This document shows positions 1 through 13,800 of a stretch of 64,000 nucleotides of DNA, one piece after another. Under the pieces are notes generated by a model. That model made no database searches. It was not told where the DNA came from and worked only from the letters and a program-made list of their open reading frames with translations. Position 1 is the stretch's first letter. Each line of letters opens with the position of its first letter. The stretch spans positions 930,001-994,000 of the forward strand of contig CAXKVF010000073.1 in the NCBI GenBank assembly GCA_964057225.1, in the 5' to 3' direction. Both the position numbers and the translations under genes were made by a program. The DNA is from Auanema rhodensis (lineage: Eukaryota; Animalia; Nematoda).

Positions 1-2339
1 ATTAAAGTTCACGTAAATTTCAAAGTCATGGTTACCATGCACCAATATCGATAAAAATTTGTTTTTAGACTAATATGGACATGGGGAATCTAATTTTGAA
101 AACCGCATCTCTTTATCTTTCACGTGAAGCGAGTTACATACCAAGTGCACATCACGTGTACATTTAATTAGCATAAATTAAAGTTCACGTAAATTTCAAA
201 GTCATGGTTACCATGAACCAATATCAATAAAAATTTGTTTTTAAACTAATATGGACATGGGGAATCTAATTTTGAAAACCGCATCTCTTTATCTTTCACG
301 TGAAGCGAGTTACATACCAAGTGCCCATCACGTGTACATTTAATTAGCATAAATTAAAGTTCACGTAAATTTCAAAGTCATGGTTACCATGCACCAATAT
401 CAATAAAAATTTGTTTTTAGACTAATATGGACATGGGGAATCTTATTTTGAAAACCGCATCTCGTTATCTTTCACGTGAAGCGAGTTACATACCAAGTGC
501 ACATCACGTGTACATTTAATTAGCATAAATTAAAGTTCACGTAAATTTCAAAGTCATGGTTACCATGCACCAATATCAATAAAAATTTGTTTTTAGACTA
601 ATATGGACATGGGGGAATCTAATTTTGAAAACCGCATCTCTTTATCTTTCACGTGAAGCGAGTTACATACCAAGTGCACATCACGTGTACATTTAATTAG
701 CATAAATTAAAGTTCACGTAAATTTCAAAGTCATGGTTACCATGCACCAATATCAATAAAAATTTGTTTTTAGACTAATATGGACATGGGGAATCTAATT
801 TTGGAAACCGCATCTCTTTATCTTTCACGTGAAGCGAGTTACATACCAAGTGCACATCACGTGTACATTTAATTAGCATAAATTAAAGTTCACGTAAATT
901 TCAAAGTCATGGTTACCATGCACCAATATCAATAAAAATTTGTTTTTAGACTAATATGGACATGGGGAATCTAATTTTGAAAACCGCATCTCTTTATCTT
1001 TCACGTGAAGCGAGTTACATACCAAGTGCACATCACGTGTACATTTAATTAGCATAAATTAAAGTTCACGTAAATTTCAAAGTCATGGTTACCATGCACC
1101 AATATCAATAAAAATTTGTTTTTAGACTAATATGGACATGGGGAATCTAATTTTGAAAACCGCATCTCTTTATCTTTCACGTGAAGCGAGTTACATACCA
1201 AGTGCACATCACGTGTACATTTAATTAGCATAAATTAAAGTTCACGTAAATTTCAAAGTCATGGTTACCATGAACCAATATCAATAAAAATTTGTTTTTC
1301 GACTAATATGGACATGGGGAATCTAATTTTGAAAACCGCATCTCTTTATCTTTCACGTGAAGCGAGTTACATACCAAGTGCACATCACGTGTACATTTAA
1401 TTAGCATAAATTAAAGTTCACGTAAATTTCAAAGTCATGGTTACCATGCACCAATATCAATAAAAATTTGTTTTTAAACTAATATGGACATGGGGAATCT
1501 AATTTTGAAAACCGCATCTCTTTATCTTTCACGTGAAGCGAGTTACATACCAAGTGCACATCACGTGTACATTTAATTAGCATAAATTAAAGTTCACGTA
1601 ACTTTCAAAGTCATGGTTACCATGCACCAATATCAATAAAAATTTGTTTTTAGACTAATATGGACATGGGGAATCTAATTTTGAAAACCGCATCTCTTTA
1701 TCTTTCACGTGAAGCGAGCTACATACTAAGTGCACATCACGTGTACATTTAATTAGCATAAATTAAAGTTCACGTAAATTTCAAAGTCATGGTTACCATG
1801 AACCAATATCAATAAAAATTTGTTTTTAGACTAATATGGACATGGGGAATCTAATTTTGAAAACCGCATCTCTTTATCTTTCACGTGAAGCGAGTTACAT
1901 ACCAAGTGCACATCACGTGTACATTTAATTAGCATAAATTAAAGTTCACGTAAATTTCAAAGTCATGGTTACCATGCACCAATATCAATACAAATTTGTT
2001 TTTAAACTAATATGGACATGAGGAATCTAATTTTGAAAACCGCATCTCTTTATCTTTCACGTGAAGCGAGTTACATACCAAGTGCACATCACGTGTACAT
2101 TTAATTAGCATAAATTAAAGTTCACGTAAATTTCAAAGGCATGGTTACCATGCACCAATATCGATAAAAATTTGTTTTTAGACTAATATGGACATGGGGA
2201 ATCTAATTTTGAAAACCGCATCTCTTTATCTTTCACGTGAAGCGAGTTACATACCAAGTGCACATCACGTGTACATTTAATTAGCATAAATTAAAGTTCA
2301 CGTAAATTTCAAAGTCATGGTTACCATGCACCAATATCG

Positions 2340-5300
2340 ATAAAAATTTGTTTTTAAACTAATATGGACATGGGGAATCTAATTTTGAAAACCGCATCTC
2401 TTTATCTTTCACGTGAAGCGAGTTACATACCAAGTGCACATCACGTGTACATTTAATTAGCATAAATTAAAGTTCACGTAAATTTCAAAGTCATGGTTAC
2501 CATGAACCAATATCAATAAAAATTTGTTTTTAGACTAATATGGACATGGGGAATCTAATTTTGAAAACCGCATCTCTTCATCTTTCACGTGAAGCGAGTT
2601 ACATACCAAGTGCACATCACGTGTACATTTAATTAGCATAAATTAAAGTTCACGTAAATTTCAAAGTCATGGTTACCATGAACCAATATCAATAAAAATT
2701 TGTTTTTAGACTAATATGGACATGGGGAATCTAATTTTGAAAACCGCATCTCTTTATCTTTCACGTGAAGCGAGTTACATACCAAGTGCACATCACGTGT
2801 ACATTTAATTAGCATAAATTAAAGTTCACGTAAATTTCAAAGTCATGGTTACCATGAACCAATATCAATAAAAATTTGTTTTTAGACTAATATGGACATG
2901 GGGAATCTAATTTTGAAAACCGCATCTCTTTATCTTTCACGTGAAGCGAGTTACATACCAAGTGCACATCACGTGTACATTTAATTAGCATAAATTAAAG
3001 TTCACGTAAATTTCAAAGTCATGGTTACCATGAACCAATATCAATAAAAATTTGTTTTTAGACTAATATGGACATGGGGAATCTAATTTTGAAAACCGCA
3101 TCTCTTCATCTTTCACGTGAAGCGAGTTACATACCAAGTGCACATCACGTGTACATTTAATTAGCATAAATTAAAGTTCACGTAAATTTCAAAGTCATGG
3201 TTACCATGAACCAATATCAATAAAAATTTGTTTTTAGACTAATATGGACATGGGGAATCTAATTTTGAAAACCGCATCTCTTTATCTTTCACGTGAAGCG
3301 AGTTACATACCAAGTGCACATCACGTGTACATTTAATTAGCATAAATTAAAGTTCACGTAAATTTCAAAGTCATGGTTACCATGAACCAATATCAATAAA
3401 AATTTGTTTTTAGACTAATATGGACATGGGGAATCTAATTTTGAAAACCGCATCTCTTTATCTTTCACGTGAAGCGAGTTACATACCAAGTGCACATCAC
3501 GTGTACATTTAATTAGCATAAATTAAAGTTCACGTAAATTTCAAAGTCATGGTTACCATGAACCAATATCAATAAAAATTTGTTTTTAGACTAATATGGA
3601 CATGGGGAATCTAATTTTGAAAACCGCATCTCTTTATCTTTCACGTGAAGCGAGTTACATACCAAGTGCACATCACGTGTACATTTAATTAGCATAAATT
3701 AAAGTTCACGTAAATTTCAAAGTCATGGTTACCATGAACCAATATCAATTAAAATTTGTTTTTAGACTAATATGGACATGGGGAATCTAATTTTGAAAAC
3801 CGCATCTCTTCATCTTTCACGTGAAGCGAGTTACATACCAAGTGCACATCACGTGTACATTTAATTAGCATAAATTAAAGTTCACGTAAATTTCAAAGTC
3901 ATGGTTACCATGAACCAATATCAATAAAAATTTGTTTTTAGACTAATATGGACATGGGGAATCTAATTTTGAAAACCGCATCTCTTTATCTTTCACGTGA
4001 AGCGAGTTACGTACCAAGTGCACATCACGTGTACATTTAATTAGCATAAATTAAAGTTCACGTAAATTTCAAAGTCATGGTTACCATGCACCAATATCAA
4101 TAAAAATTTGTTTTTAAACTAATATGGATATGGGGAATCTAATTTTGAAAACCGCATCTCTTCATCTTTCACGTGAAGCGAGTTACATACCAAGTGCCCA
4201 TCACGTGTACATTTAATTAGCATAAATTAAAGTTCACGTAAATTTCAAAGTCATGGTTACCATGCACCAATATCAATAAAAATTTGTTTTTAGACTAATA
4301 TGGACATGGGGAATCTAATTTTGAAAACCGCATCTCTTTATCTTTCACGTGAAGCGAGTTACATACCAAGTGCACATCACGTGTACATTTAATTAGCATA
4401 AATTAAAGTTCACGTAAATTTCAAAGTCATGGTTACCATGAACCAATATCAATAAAAATTTGTTTTCAGACTAATATGGACATGGGGAATCTAATTTTGA
4501 AAACCGCATCTCTTCATCTTTCACGTGAAGCGAGTTACATACCAAGTGCACATCACGTGTACATTTAATTAGCATAAATTAAAGTTCACGTAAATTTCAA
4601 AGTCATGGTTACCATGAACCAATATCAATAAAAATTTGTTTTTAGACTAATATGGACATGGGGAATCTAATTTTGAAAACCGCATCTCTTTATCTTTCAC
4701 GTGAAGCGAGTTACATACCAAGTGCACATCACGTGTACATTTAATTAGCATAAATTAAAGTTCACGTAAATTTCAAAGTCATGGTTACCATGAACCAATA
4801 TCAATAAAAATTTGTTTTTAGACTAATATGGACATGGGGAATCTAATTTTGAAAACCGCATCTCTTTATCTTTCACGTGAAGCGAGTTACATACCAAGTG
4901 CACATCACGTGTACATTTAATTAGCATAAATTAAAGTTCACGTAAATTTCAAAGTCATGGTTACCATGAACCAATATCAATAAAAATTTGTTTTTAGACT
5001 AATATGGACATGGGGAATCTAATTTTGAAAACCGCATCTCTTTATCTTTCACGTGAAGCGAGTTACATACCAAGTGCACATCACGTGTACATTTAATTAG
5101 CATAAATTAAAGTTCACGTAAATTTCAAAGTCATGGTTACCATGCACCAATATCAATAAAAATTTGTTTTTAAACTAATATGGACATGGGGAATCTAATT
5201 TTGAAAACCGCATCTCTTTATCTTTCACGTGAAGCGAGTTACATACCAAGTGCACATCACGTGTACATTTAATTAGCATAAATTAAAGTTCACGTAAATT

Positions 5301-7893
5301 TCAAAGTCATGGTTACCATGAACCAATATCAATAAAAATTTGTTTTTAGACTAATATGGACATGGGGAATCTAATTTTGAAAACCGCATCTCTTCATCTT
5401 TCACGTGAAGCGAGTTACATACCAAGTGCACATCACGTGTACATTTAATTAGCATAAATTAAAGTTCACGTAAATTTCAAAGTCATGGTTACCATGAACC
5501 AATATCAATAAAAATTTGTTTTTAGACTAATATGGACATGGGGAATCTAATTTTGAAAACCGCATCTCTTTATCTTTCACGTGAAGCGAGTTACATACCA
5601 AGTGCACATCACGTGTACATTTAATTAGCATAAATTAAAGTTCACGTAAATTTCAAAGTCATGGTTACCATGAACCAATATCAATAAAAATTTGTTTTTA
5701 GACTAATATGGACATGGGGAATCTAATTTTGAAAACCGCATCTCTTTATCTTTCACGTGAAGCGAGTTACATACCAAGTGCACATCACGTGTACATTTAA
5801 TTAGCATAAATTAAAGTTCACGTAAATTTCAAAGTCATGGTTACCATGAACCAATATCAATAAAAATTTGTTTTTAGACTAATATGGACATGGGGAATCT
5901 AATTTTGAAAACCGCATCTCTTCATCTTTCACGTGAAGCGAGTTACATACCAAGTGCACATCACGTGTACATTTAATTAGCATAAATTAAAGTTCACGTA
6001 AATTTCAAAGTCATGGTTACCATGAACCAATATCAATAAAAATTTGTTTTTAGACTAATATGGACATGGGGAATCTAATTTTGAAAACCGCATCTCTTTA
6101 TCTTTCACGTGAAGCGAGTTACATACCAAGTGCACATCACGTGTACATTTAATTAGCATAAATTAAAGTTCACGTAAATTTCAAAGTCATGGTTACCATG
6201 AACCAATATCAATAAAAATTTGTTTTTAGACTAATATGGACATGGGGAATCTAATTTTGAAAACCGCATCTCTTTATCTTTCACGTGAAGCGAGTTACAT
6301 ACCAAGTGCACATCACGTGTACATTTAATTAGCATAAATTAAAGTTCACGTAAATTTCAAAGTCATGGTTACCATGAACCAATATCAATAAAAATTTGTT
6401 TTTAGACTAATATGGACATGGGGAATCTAATTTTGAAAACCGCATCTCTTTATCTTTCACGTGAAGCGAGTTACATACCAAGTGCACATCACGTGTACAT
6501 TTAATTAGCATAAATTAAAGTTCACGTAAATTTCAAAGTCATGGTTACCATGAACCAATATCAATTAAAATTTGTTTTTAGACTAATATGGACATGGGGA
6601 ATCTAATTTTGAAAACCGCATCTCTTCATCTTTCACGTGAAGCGAGTTACATACCAAGTGCACATCACGTGTACATTTAATTAGCATAAATTAAAGTTCA
6701 CGTAAATTTCAAAGTCATGGTTACCATGAACCAATATCAATAAAAATTTGTTTTTAGACTAATATGGACATGGGGAATCTAATTTTGAAAACCGCATCTC
6801 TTTATCTTTCACGTGAAGCGAGTTACGTACCAAGTGCACATCACGTGTACATTTAATTAGCATAAATTAAAGTTCACGTAAATTTCAAAGTCATGGTTAC
6901 CATGCACCAATATCAATAAAAATTTGTTTTTAAACTAATATGGATATGGGGAATCTAATTTTGAAAACCGCATCTCTTCATCTTTCACGTGAAGCGAGTT
7001 ACATACCAAGTGCCCATCACGTGTACATTTAATTAGCATAAATTAAAGTTCACGTAAATTTCAAAGTCATGGTTACCATGCACCAATATCAATAAAAATT
7101 TGTTTTTAGACTAATATGGACATGGGGAATCTAATTTTGAAAACCGCATCTCTTTATCTTTCACGTGAAGCGAGTTACATACCAAGTGCACATCACGTGT
7201 ACATTTAATTAGCATAAATTAAAGTTCACGTAAATTTCAAAGTCATGGTTACCATGAACCAATATCAATAAAAATTTGTTTTCAGACTAATATGGACATG
7301 GGGAATCTAATTTTGAAAACCGCATCTCTTCATCTTTCACGTGAAGCGAGTTACATACCAAGTGCACATCACGTGTACATTTAATTAGCATAAATTAAAG
7401 TTCACGTAAATTTCAAAGTCATGGTTACCATGAACCAATATCAATAAAAATTTGTTTTTAGACTAATATGGACATGGGGAATCTAATTTTGAAAACCGCA
7501 TCTCTTTATCTTTCACGTGAAGCGAGTTACATACCAAGTGCACATCACGTGTACATTTAATTAGCATAAATTAAAGTTCACGTAAATTTCAAAGTCATGG
7601 TTACCATGAACCAATATCAATAAAAATTTGTTTTTAGACTAATATGGACATGGGGAATCTAATTTTGAAAACCGCATCTCTTTATCTTTCACGTGAAGCG
7701 AGTTACATACCAAGTGCACATCACGTGTACATTTAATTAGCATAAATTAAAGTTCACGTAAATTTCAAAGTCATGGTTACCATGAACCAATATCAATAAA
7801 AATTTGTTTTTAGACTAATATGGACATGGGGAATCTAATTTTGAAAACCGCATCTCTTTATCTTTCACGTGAAGCGAGTTACATACCAAGTGC
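2340..7893. repeat. Tandem duplication of a 16-monomer (2816-bp) block
   Basis: Rare variants recur exactly 2816 bp apart: 2579/5395, 3107/5923, 3750/6566, 4011/6827, 4129/6945. Confidence 0.85.
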
Positions 7894-10800
7894 CCATCAC
7901 GTGTACATTTAATTAGCATAAATTAAAGTTCACGTAAATTTCAATGTCATGGTTACCATGCACCAATATCAATAAAAATTTGTTTTTAGACTAATATGGA
8001 CATGGGGAATCTAATTTTGAAAACCGCATCTCGTTATCTTTCACGTGAAGCGAGTTACATACCAAGTGCACATCACGTGTACATTTAATTAGCATAAATT
8101 AAAGTTCACGTAAATTTCAAAGTCATGGTTACCATGAACCAATATCAATAAAAATTTGTTTTTAAACTAATATGGATATGGGGAATCTAATTTTGAAAAC
8201 CGCATCTCTTTATCTTTCACGTGAAGCGAGTTACATACCAAGTGCACATCACGTGTACATTTAATTAGCATAAATTAAAGTTCACGTAAATTTCAAAGTC
8301 ATGGTTACCATGCACCAATATCGATAAAAATTTGTTTTTAGACTAATATGGACATGGGGAATCTAATTTTGAAAACCGCATCTCTTTATCTTTCACGTGA
8401 AGCGAGTTACATACCAAGTGCACATCACGTGTACATTTAATTAGCATAAATTAAAGTTCACGTAAATTTCAAAGTCATGGTTACCATGAACCAATATCAA
8501 TGAAAATTTGTTTTTAGACTAATATGGACATGGGGAATCTAATTTTGAAAACCGCATCTCTTTATCTTTCACGTGAAGCGAGTTACATACCAAGTGCACA
8601 TCACGTGTACATTTAATTAGCATAAATTAAAGTTCACGTAAATTTCAAAGTCATGGTTACCATGAACCAATATCAATAAAAATTTGTTTTTAGACTAATA
8701 TGGACATGGGGAATCTAATTTTGAAAACCGCATCTCTTTATCTTTCACGTGAAGCGAGTTACATACCAAGTGCCCATCACGTGTACATTTAATTAGCATA
8801 AATTAAAGTTCACGTAAATTTCAATGTCATGGTTACCATGCACCAATATCAATAAAAATTTGTTTTTAGACTAATATGGACATGGGGAATCTAATTTTGA
8901 AAACCGCATCTCGTTATCTTTCACGTGAAGCGAGTTACATACCAAGTGCACATCACGTGTACATTTAATTAGCATAAATTAAAGTTCACGTAAATTTCAA
9001 AGTCATGGTTACCATGAACCAATATCAATAAAAATTTGTTTTTAAACTAATATGGATATGGGGAATCTAATTTTGAAAACCGCATCTCTTTATCTTTCAC
9101 GTGAAGCGAGTTACATACCAAGTGCACATCACGTGTACATTTAATTAGCATAAATTAAAGTTCACGTAAATTTCAAAGTCATGGTTACCATGCACCAATA
9201 TCGATAAAAATTTGTTTTTAGACTAATATGGACATGGGGAATCTAATTTTGAAAACCGCATCTCTTTATCTTTCACGTGAAGCGAGTTACATACCAAGTG
9301 CACATCACGTGTACATTTAATTAGCATAAATTAAAGTTCACGTAAATTTCAAAGTCATGGTTACCATGAACCAATATCAATAAAAATTTGTTTTTAGACT
9401 AATATGGACATGGGGAATCTAATTTTGAAAACCGCATCTCTTTATCTTTCACGTGAAGCGAGTTACATACCAAGTGCACATCACGTGTACATTTAATTAG
9501 CATAAATTAAAGTTCACGTAAATTTCAAAGTCATGGTTACCATGAACCAATATCAATAAAAATTTGTTTTTAGACTAATATGGACATGGGGAATCTAATT
9601 TTGAAAACCGCATCTCTTTATCTTTCACGTGAAGCGAGTTACATACCAAGTGCACATCACGTGTACATTTAATTAGCATAAATTAAAGTTCACGTAAATT
9701 TCAAAGTCATGGTTACCATGCACCAATATCAATAAAAATTTGTTTTTAGACTAATATGGACATGGGGAATCTAATTTTGAAAACCGCATCTCTTTATCTT
9801 TCACGTGAAGCGAGTTACATACCAAGTGCACATCACGTGTACATTTAATTAGCATAAATTAAAGTTCACGTAAATTTCAAAGTCATGGTTACCATGCACC
9901 AATATCAATAAAAATTTGTTTTTAGACTAATATGGACATGGGGAATCTAATTTTGAAAACCGCATCTCTTTATCTTTCACGTGAAGCGAGTTACATACCA
10001 AGTGCACATCACGTGTACATTTAATTAGCATAAATTAAAGTTCACGTAAATTTCAAAGTCATGGTTACCATGAAGCAATATCAATAAAAATTTGTTTTTA
10101 GACTAATATGGACATGGGGAATCTAATTTTGAAAACCGCATCTCTTTATCTTTCACGTGAAGCGAGTTACATACCAAGTGCACATCACGTGTACATTTAA
10201 TTAGCATAAATTAAAGTTCACGTAAATTTCAAAGTCATGGTTACCATGAACCAATATCAATAAAAATTTGTTTTTAGACTAATATGGACATGGGGAATCT
10301 AATTTTGAAAACCGCATCTCTTTATCTTTCACGTGAAGCGAGTTACATACCAAGTGCACATCACGTGTACATTTAATTAGCATAAATTAAAGTTCACGTA
10401 AATTTCAAAGTCATGGTTACCATGAACCAATATCAATAAAAATTTGTTTTTAGACTAATATGGACATGGGGAATCTAATTTTGAAAACCGCATCTCTTCA
10501 TCTTTCACGTGAAGCGAGTTACATACCAAGTGCACATCACGTGTACATTTAATTAGCATAAATTAAAGTTCACGTAAATTTCAAAGTCATGGTTACCATG
10601 CACCAATATCAATAAAAATTTGTTTTTAGACTAATATGGACATGGGGAATCTAATTTTGAAAACCGCATCTCTTTATCTTTCACGTGAAGCGAGTTACAT
10701 ACCAAGTGCACATCACGTGTACATTTAATTAGCATAAATTAAAGTTCACGTAAATTTCAAAGTCATGGTTACCATGCACCAATATCAATAAAAATTTGTT

Positions 10801-13800
10801 TTTAGACTAATATGGACATGGGGAATCTAATTTTGAAAACCGCATCTCTTTATCTTTCACGTGAAGCGAGTTACATACCAAGTGCACATCACGTGTACAT
10901 TTAATTAGCATAAATTAAAGTTCACGTAAATTTCAAAGTCATGGTTACCATGCACCAATATCAATAAAAATTTGTTTTTAGACTAATATGGACATGGGGA
11001 ATCTAATTTTGAAAACCGCATCTCTTTATCTTTCACGTGAAGCGAGTTACATACCAAGTGCACATCACGTGTACATTTAATTAGCATAAATTAAAGTTCA
11101 CGTAAATTTCAAAGTCATGGTTACCATGAAGCAATATCAATAAAAATTTGTTTTTAGACTAATATGGACATGGGGAATCTAATTTTGAAAACCGCATCTC
11201 TTTATCTTTCACGTGAAGCGAGTTACATACCAAGTGCACATCACGTGTACATTTAATTAGCATAAATTAAAGTTCACGTAAATTTCAAAGTCATGGTTAC
11301 CATGAACCAATATCAATAAAAATTTGTTTTTAGACTAATATGGACATGGGGAATCTAATTTTGAAAACCGCATCTCTTTATCTTTCACGTGAAGCGAGTT
11401 ACATACCAAGTGCACATCACGTGTACATTTAATTAGCATAAATTAAAGTTCACGTAAATTTCAAAGTCATGGTTACCATGCACCAATATCAATAAAAATT
11501 TGTTTTTAGACTAATATGGACATGGGGAATCTAATTTTGAAAACCGCATCTCTTTATCTTTCACGTGAAGCGAGTTACATACCAAGTGCACATCACGTGT
11601 ACATTTAATTAGCATAAATTAAAGTTCACGTAAATTTCAAAGTCATGGTTACCATGAAGCAATATCAATAAAAATTTGTTTTTAGACTAATATGGACATG
11701 GGGAATCTAATTTTGAAAACCGCATTTCTTTATCTTTCACGTGAAGCGAGTTACATACCAAGTGCACATCACGTGTACATTTAATTAGCATAAATTAAAG
11801 TTCACGTAAATTTCAAAGTCATGGTTACCATGCACCAATATCAATAAAAATTTGTTTTTAGACTAATATGGACATGGGGAATCTAATTTTGAAAACCGCA
11901 TCTCTTTATCTTTCACGTGAAGCGAGTTACATACCAAGTGCACATCACGTGTACATTTAATTAGCATAAATTAAAGTTCACGTAAATTTCAAAGTCATGG
12001 TTACCATGAAGCAATATCAATAAAAATTTGTTTTTAGACTAATATGGACATGGGGAATCTAATTTTGAAAACCGCATTTCTTTATCTTTCACGTGAAGCG
12101 AGTTACATACCAAGTGCACATCACGTGTACATTTAATTAGCATAAATTAAAGTTCACGTAAAATTCAAAGTCATGGTTACCATGAACCAATATCAATAAA
12201 AATTTGTTTTTAGACTAATATGGACATGGGGAATCTAATTTTGAAAACCGCATCTCTTTATCTTTCACGTGAAGCGAGTTACATACCAAGTGCACATCAC
12301 GTGTACATTTAATTAGCATAAATTAAAGTTCACGTAAATTTCAAAGTCATGGTTACCATGAAGCAATATCAATAAAAATTTGTTTTTAGACTAATATGGA
12401 CATGGGGAATCTAATTTTGAAAACCGCATCTCTTTATCTTTCACGTGAAGCGAGTTACATACCAAGTGCACATCACGCGTACATTTAATTAGCATTAATT
12501 AAAGTTCACGTAAATTTCAAAGTCATGGTTACCATGAACCAATATCAATAAAAATTTGTTTTTAGACTAATATGGAAATGGGGAATCTAATTTTGAAAAC
12601 CGCATCTCTTTATCTTTCACGTGAAGCGAGTTACATACCAAGTGCACATCACGTGTACATTTAATTAGCATAAATTAAAGTTCACATAAAATTCAAAGTC
12701 ATGGTTACCATGAACCAATATCAATAAAAATTTGTTTTTAGACTAATATGGACATGGGGAATCTAATTTTGGAAACCGCATCTCTTTATCTTTCACGTGA
12801 AGCGAGTTACATACCAAGTGCACATCACGTGTACATTTAATTAGCATAAATTAAAGTTCACGTAAATTTCAAAGTCATGGTTACCATGAAGCAATATCAA
12901 TAAAAATTTGTTTTTAGACTAATATGGACATGGGGAATCTAATTTTGAAAACCGCATCTCTTTATCTTTCACGTGAAGCGAGTTACATACCAAGTGCACA
13001 TCACGCGTACATTTAATTAGCATTAATTAAAGTTCACGTAAATTTCAAAGTCATGGTTACCATGATCCAATATCAATAAAAATTTGTTTTTAGACTAATA
13101 TGGAAATGGGGAATCTAATTTTGAAAACCGCATCTCTTTATCTTTCACGTGAAGCGAGTTACATACCAAGTGCACATCACGTGTACATTTAATTAGCATA
13201 AATTAAAGTTCACATAAAATTCAAAGTCATGGTTACCATGAACCAATATCAATAAAAATTTGTTTTTAGACTAATATGGACATGGGGAATCTAATTTTGG
13301 AAACCGCATCTCTTTATCTTTCACGTGAAGCGAGTTACATACCAAGTGCACATCACGTGTACATTTAATTAGCATAAATTAAAGTTCACGTAAATTTCAA
13401 AGTCATGGTTACCATGAACCAATATCAATAAAAATTTGTTTTTAGACTAATATGGACATGGGGAATCTAATTTTGGAAACCGCATCTCTTTATCTTTCAC
13501 GTGAAGCGAGTTACATACCAAGTGCACATCACGTGTACATTTAATTAGCATAAATTAAAGTTCACATAAAATTCAAAGTCATGGTTACCATGAACCAATA
13601 TCAATAAAAATTTGTTTTTAGACTAATATGGACATGGGGAATCTAATTTTGAAAACCGCATCTCTTTATCTTTCACGTGAAGCGAGTTACATACCAAGTG
13701 CACATCACGTGTACATTTAATTAGCATAAATTAAAGTTCACGTAAATTTCAAAGTCATGGTTACCATGAAGCAATATCAATAAAAATTTGTTTTTAGACT

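Noticed and set aside
40-140. Vague resemblance of the monomer core to internal repeats of invertebrate non-autonomous DNA transposons
   Set aside because: Impression only, with no termini or TSD visible. It would need a Dfam/Repbase search.
151-158. ATCACGTG matches budding-yeast centromere CDEI (RTCACRTG)
   Set aside because: No CDEII/CDEIII organisation is present and the context is an animal-type satellite. It is just an E-box match.
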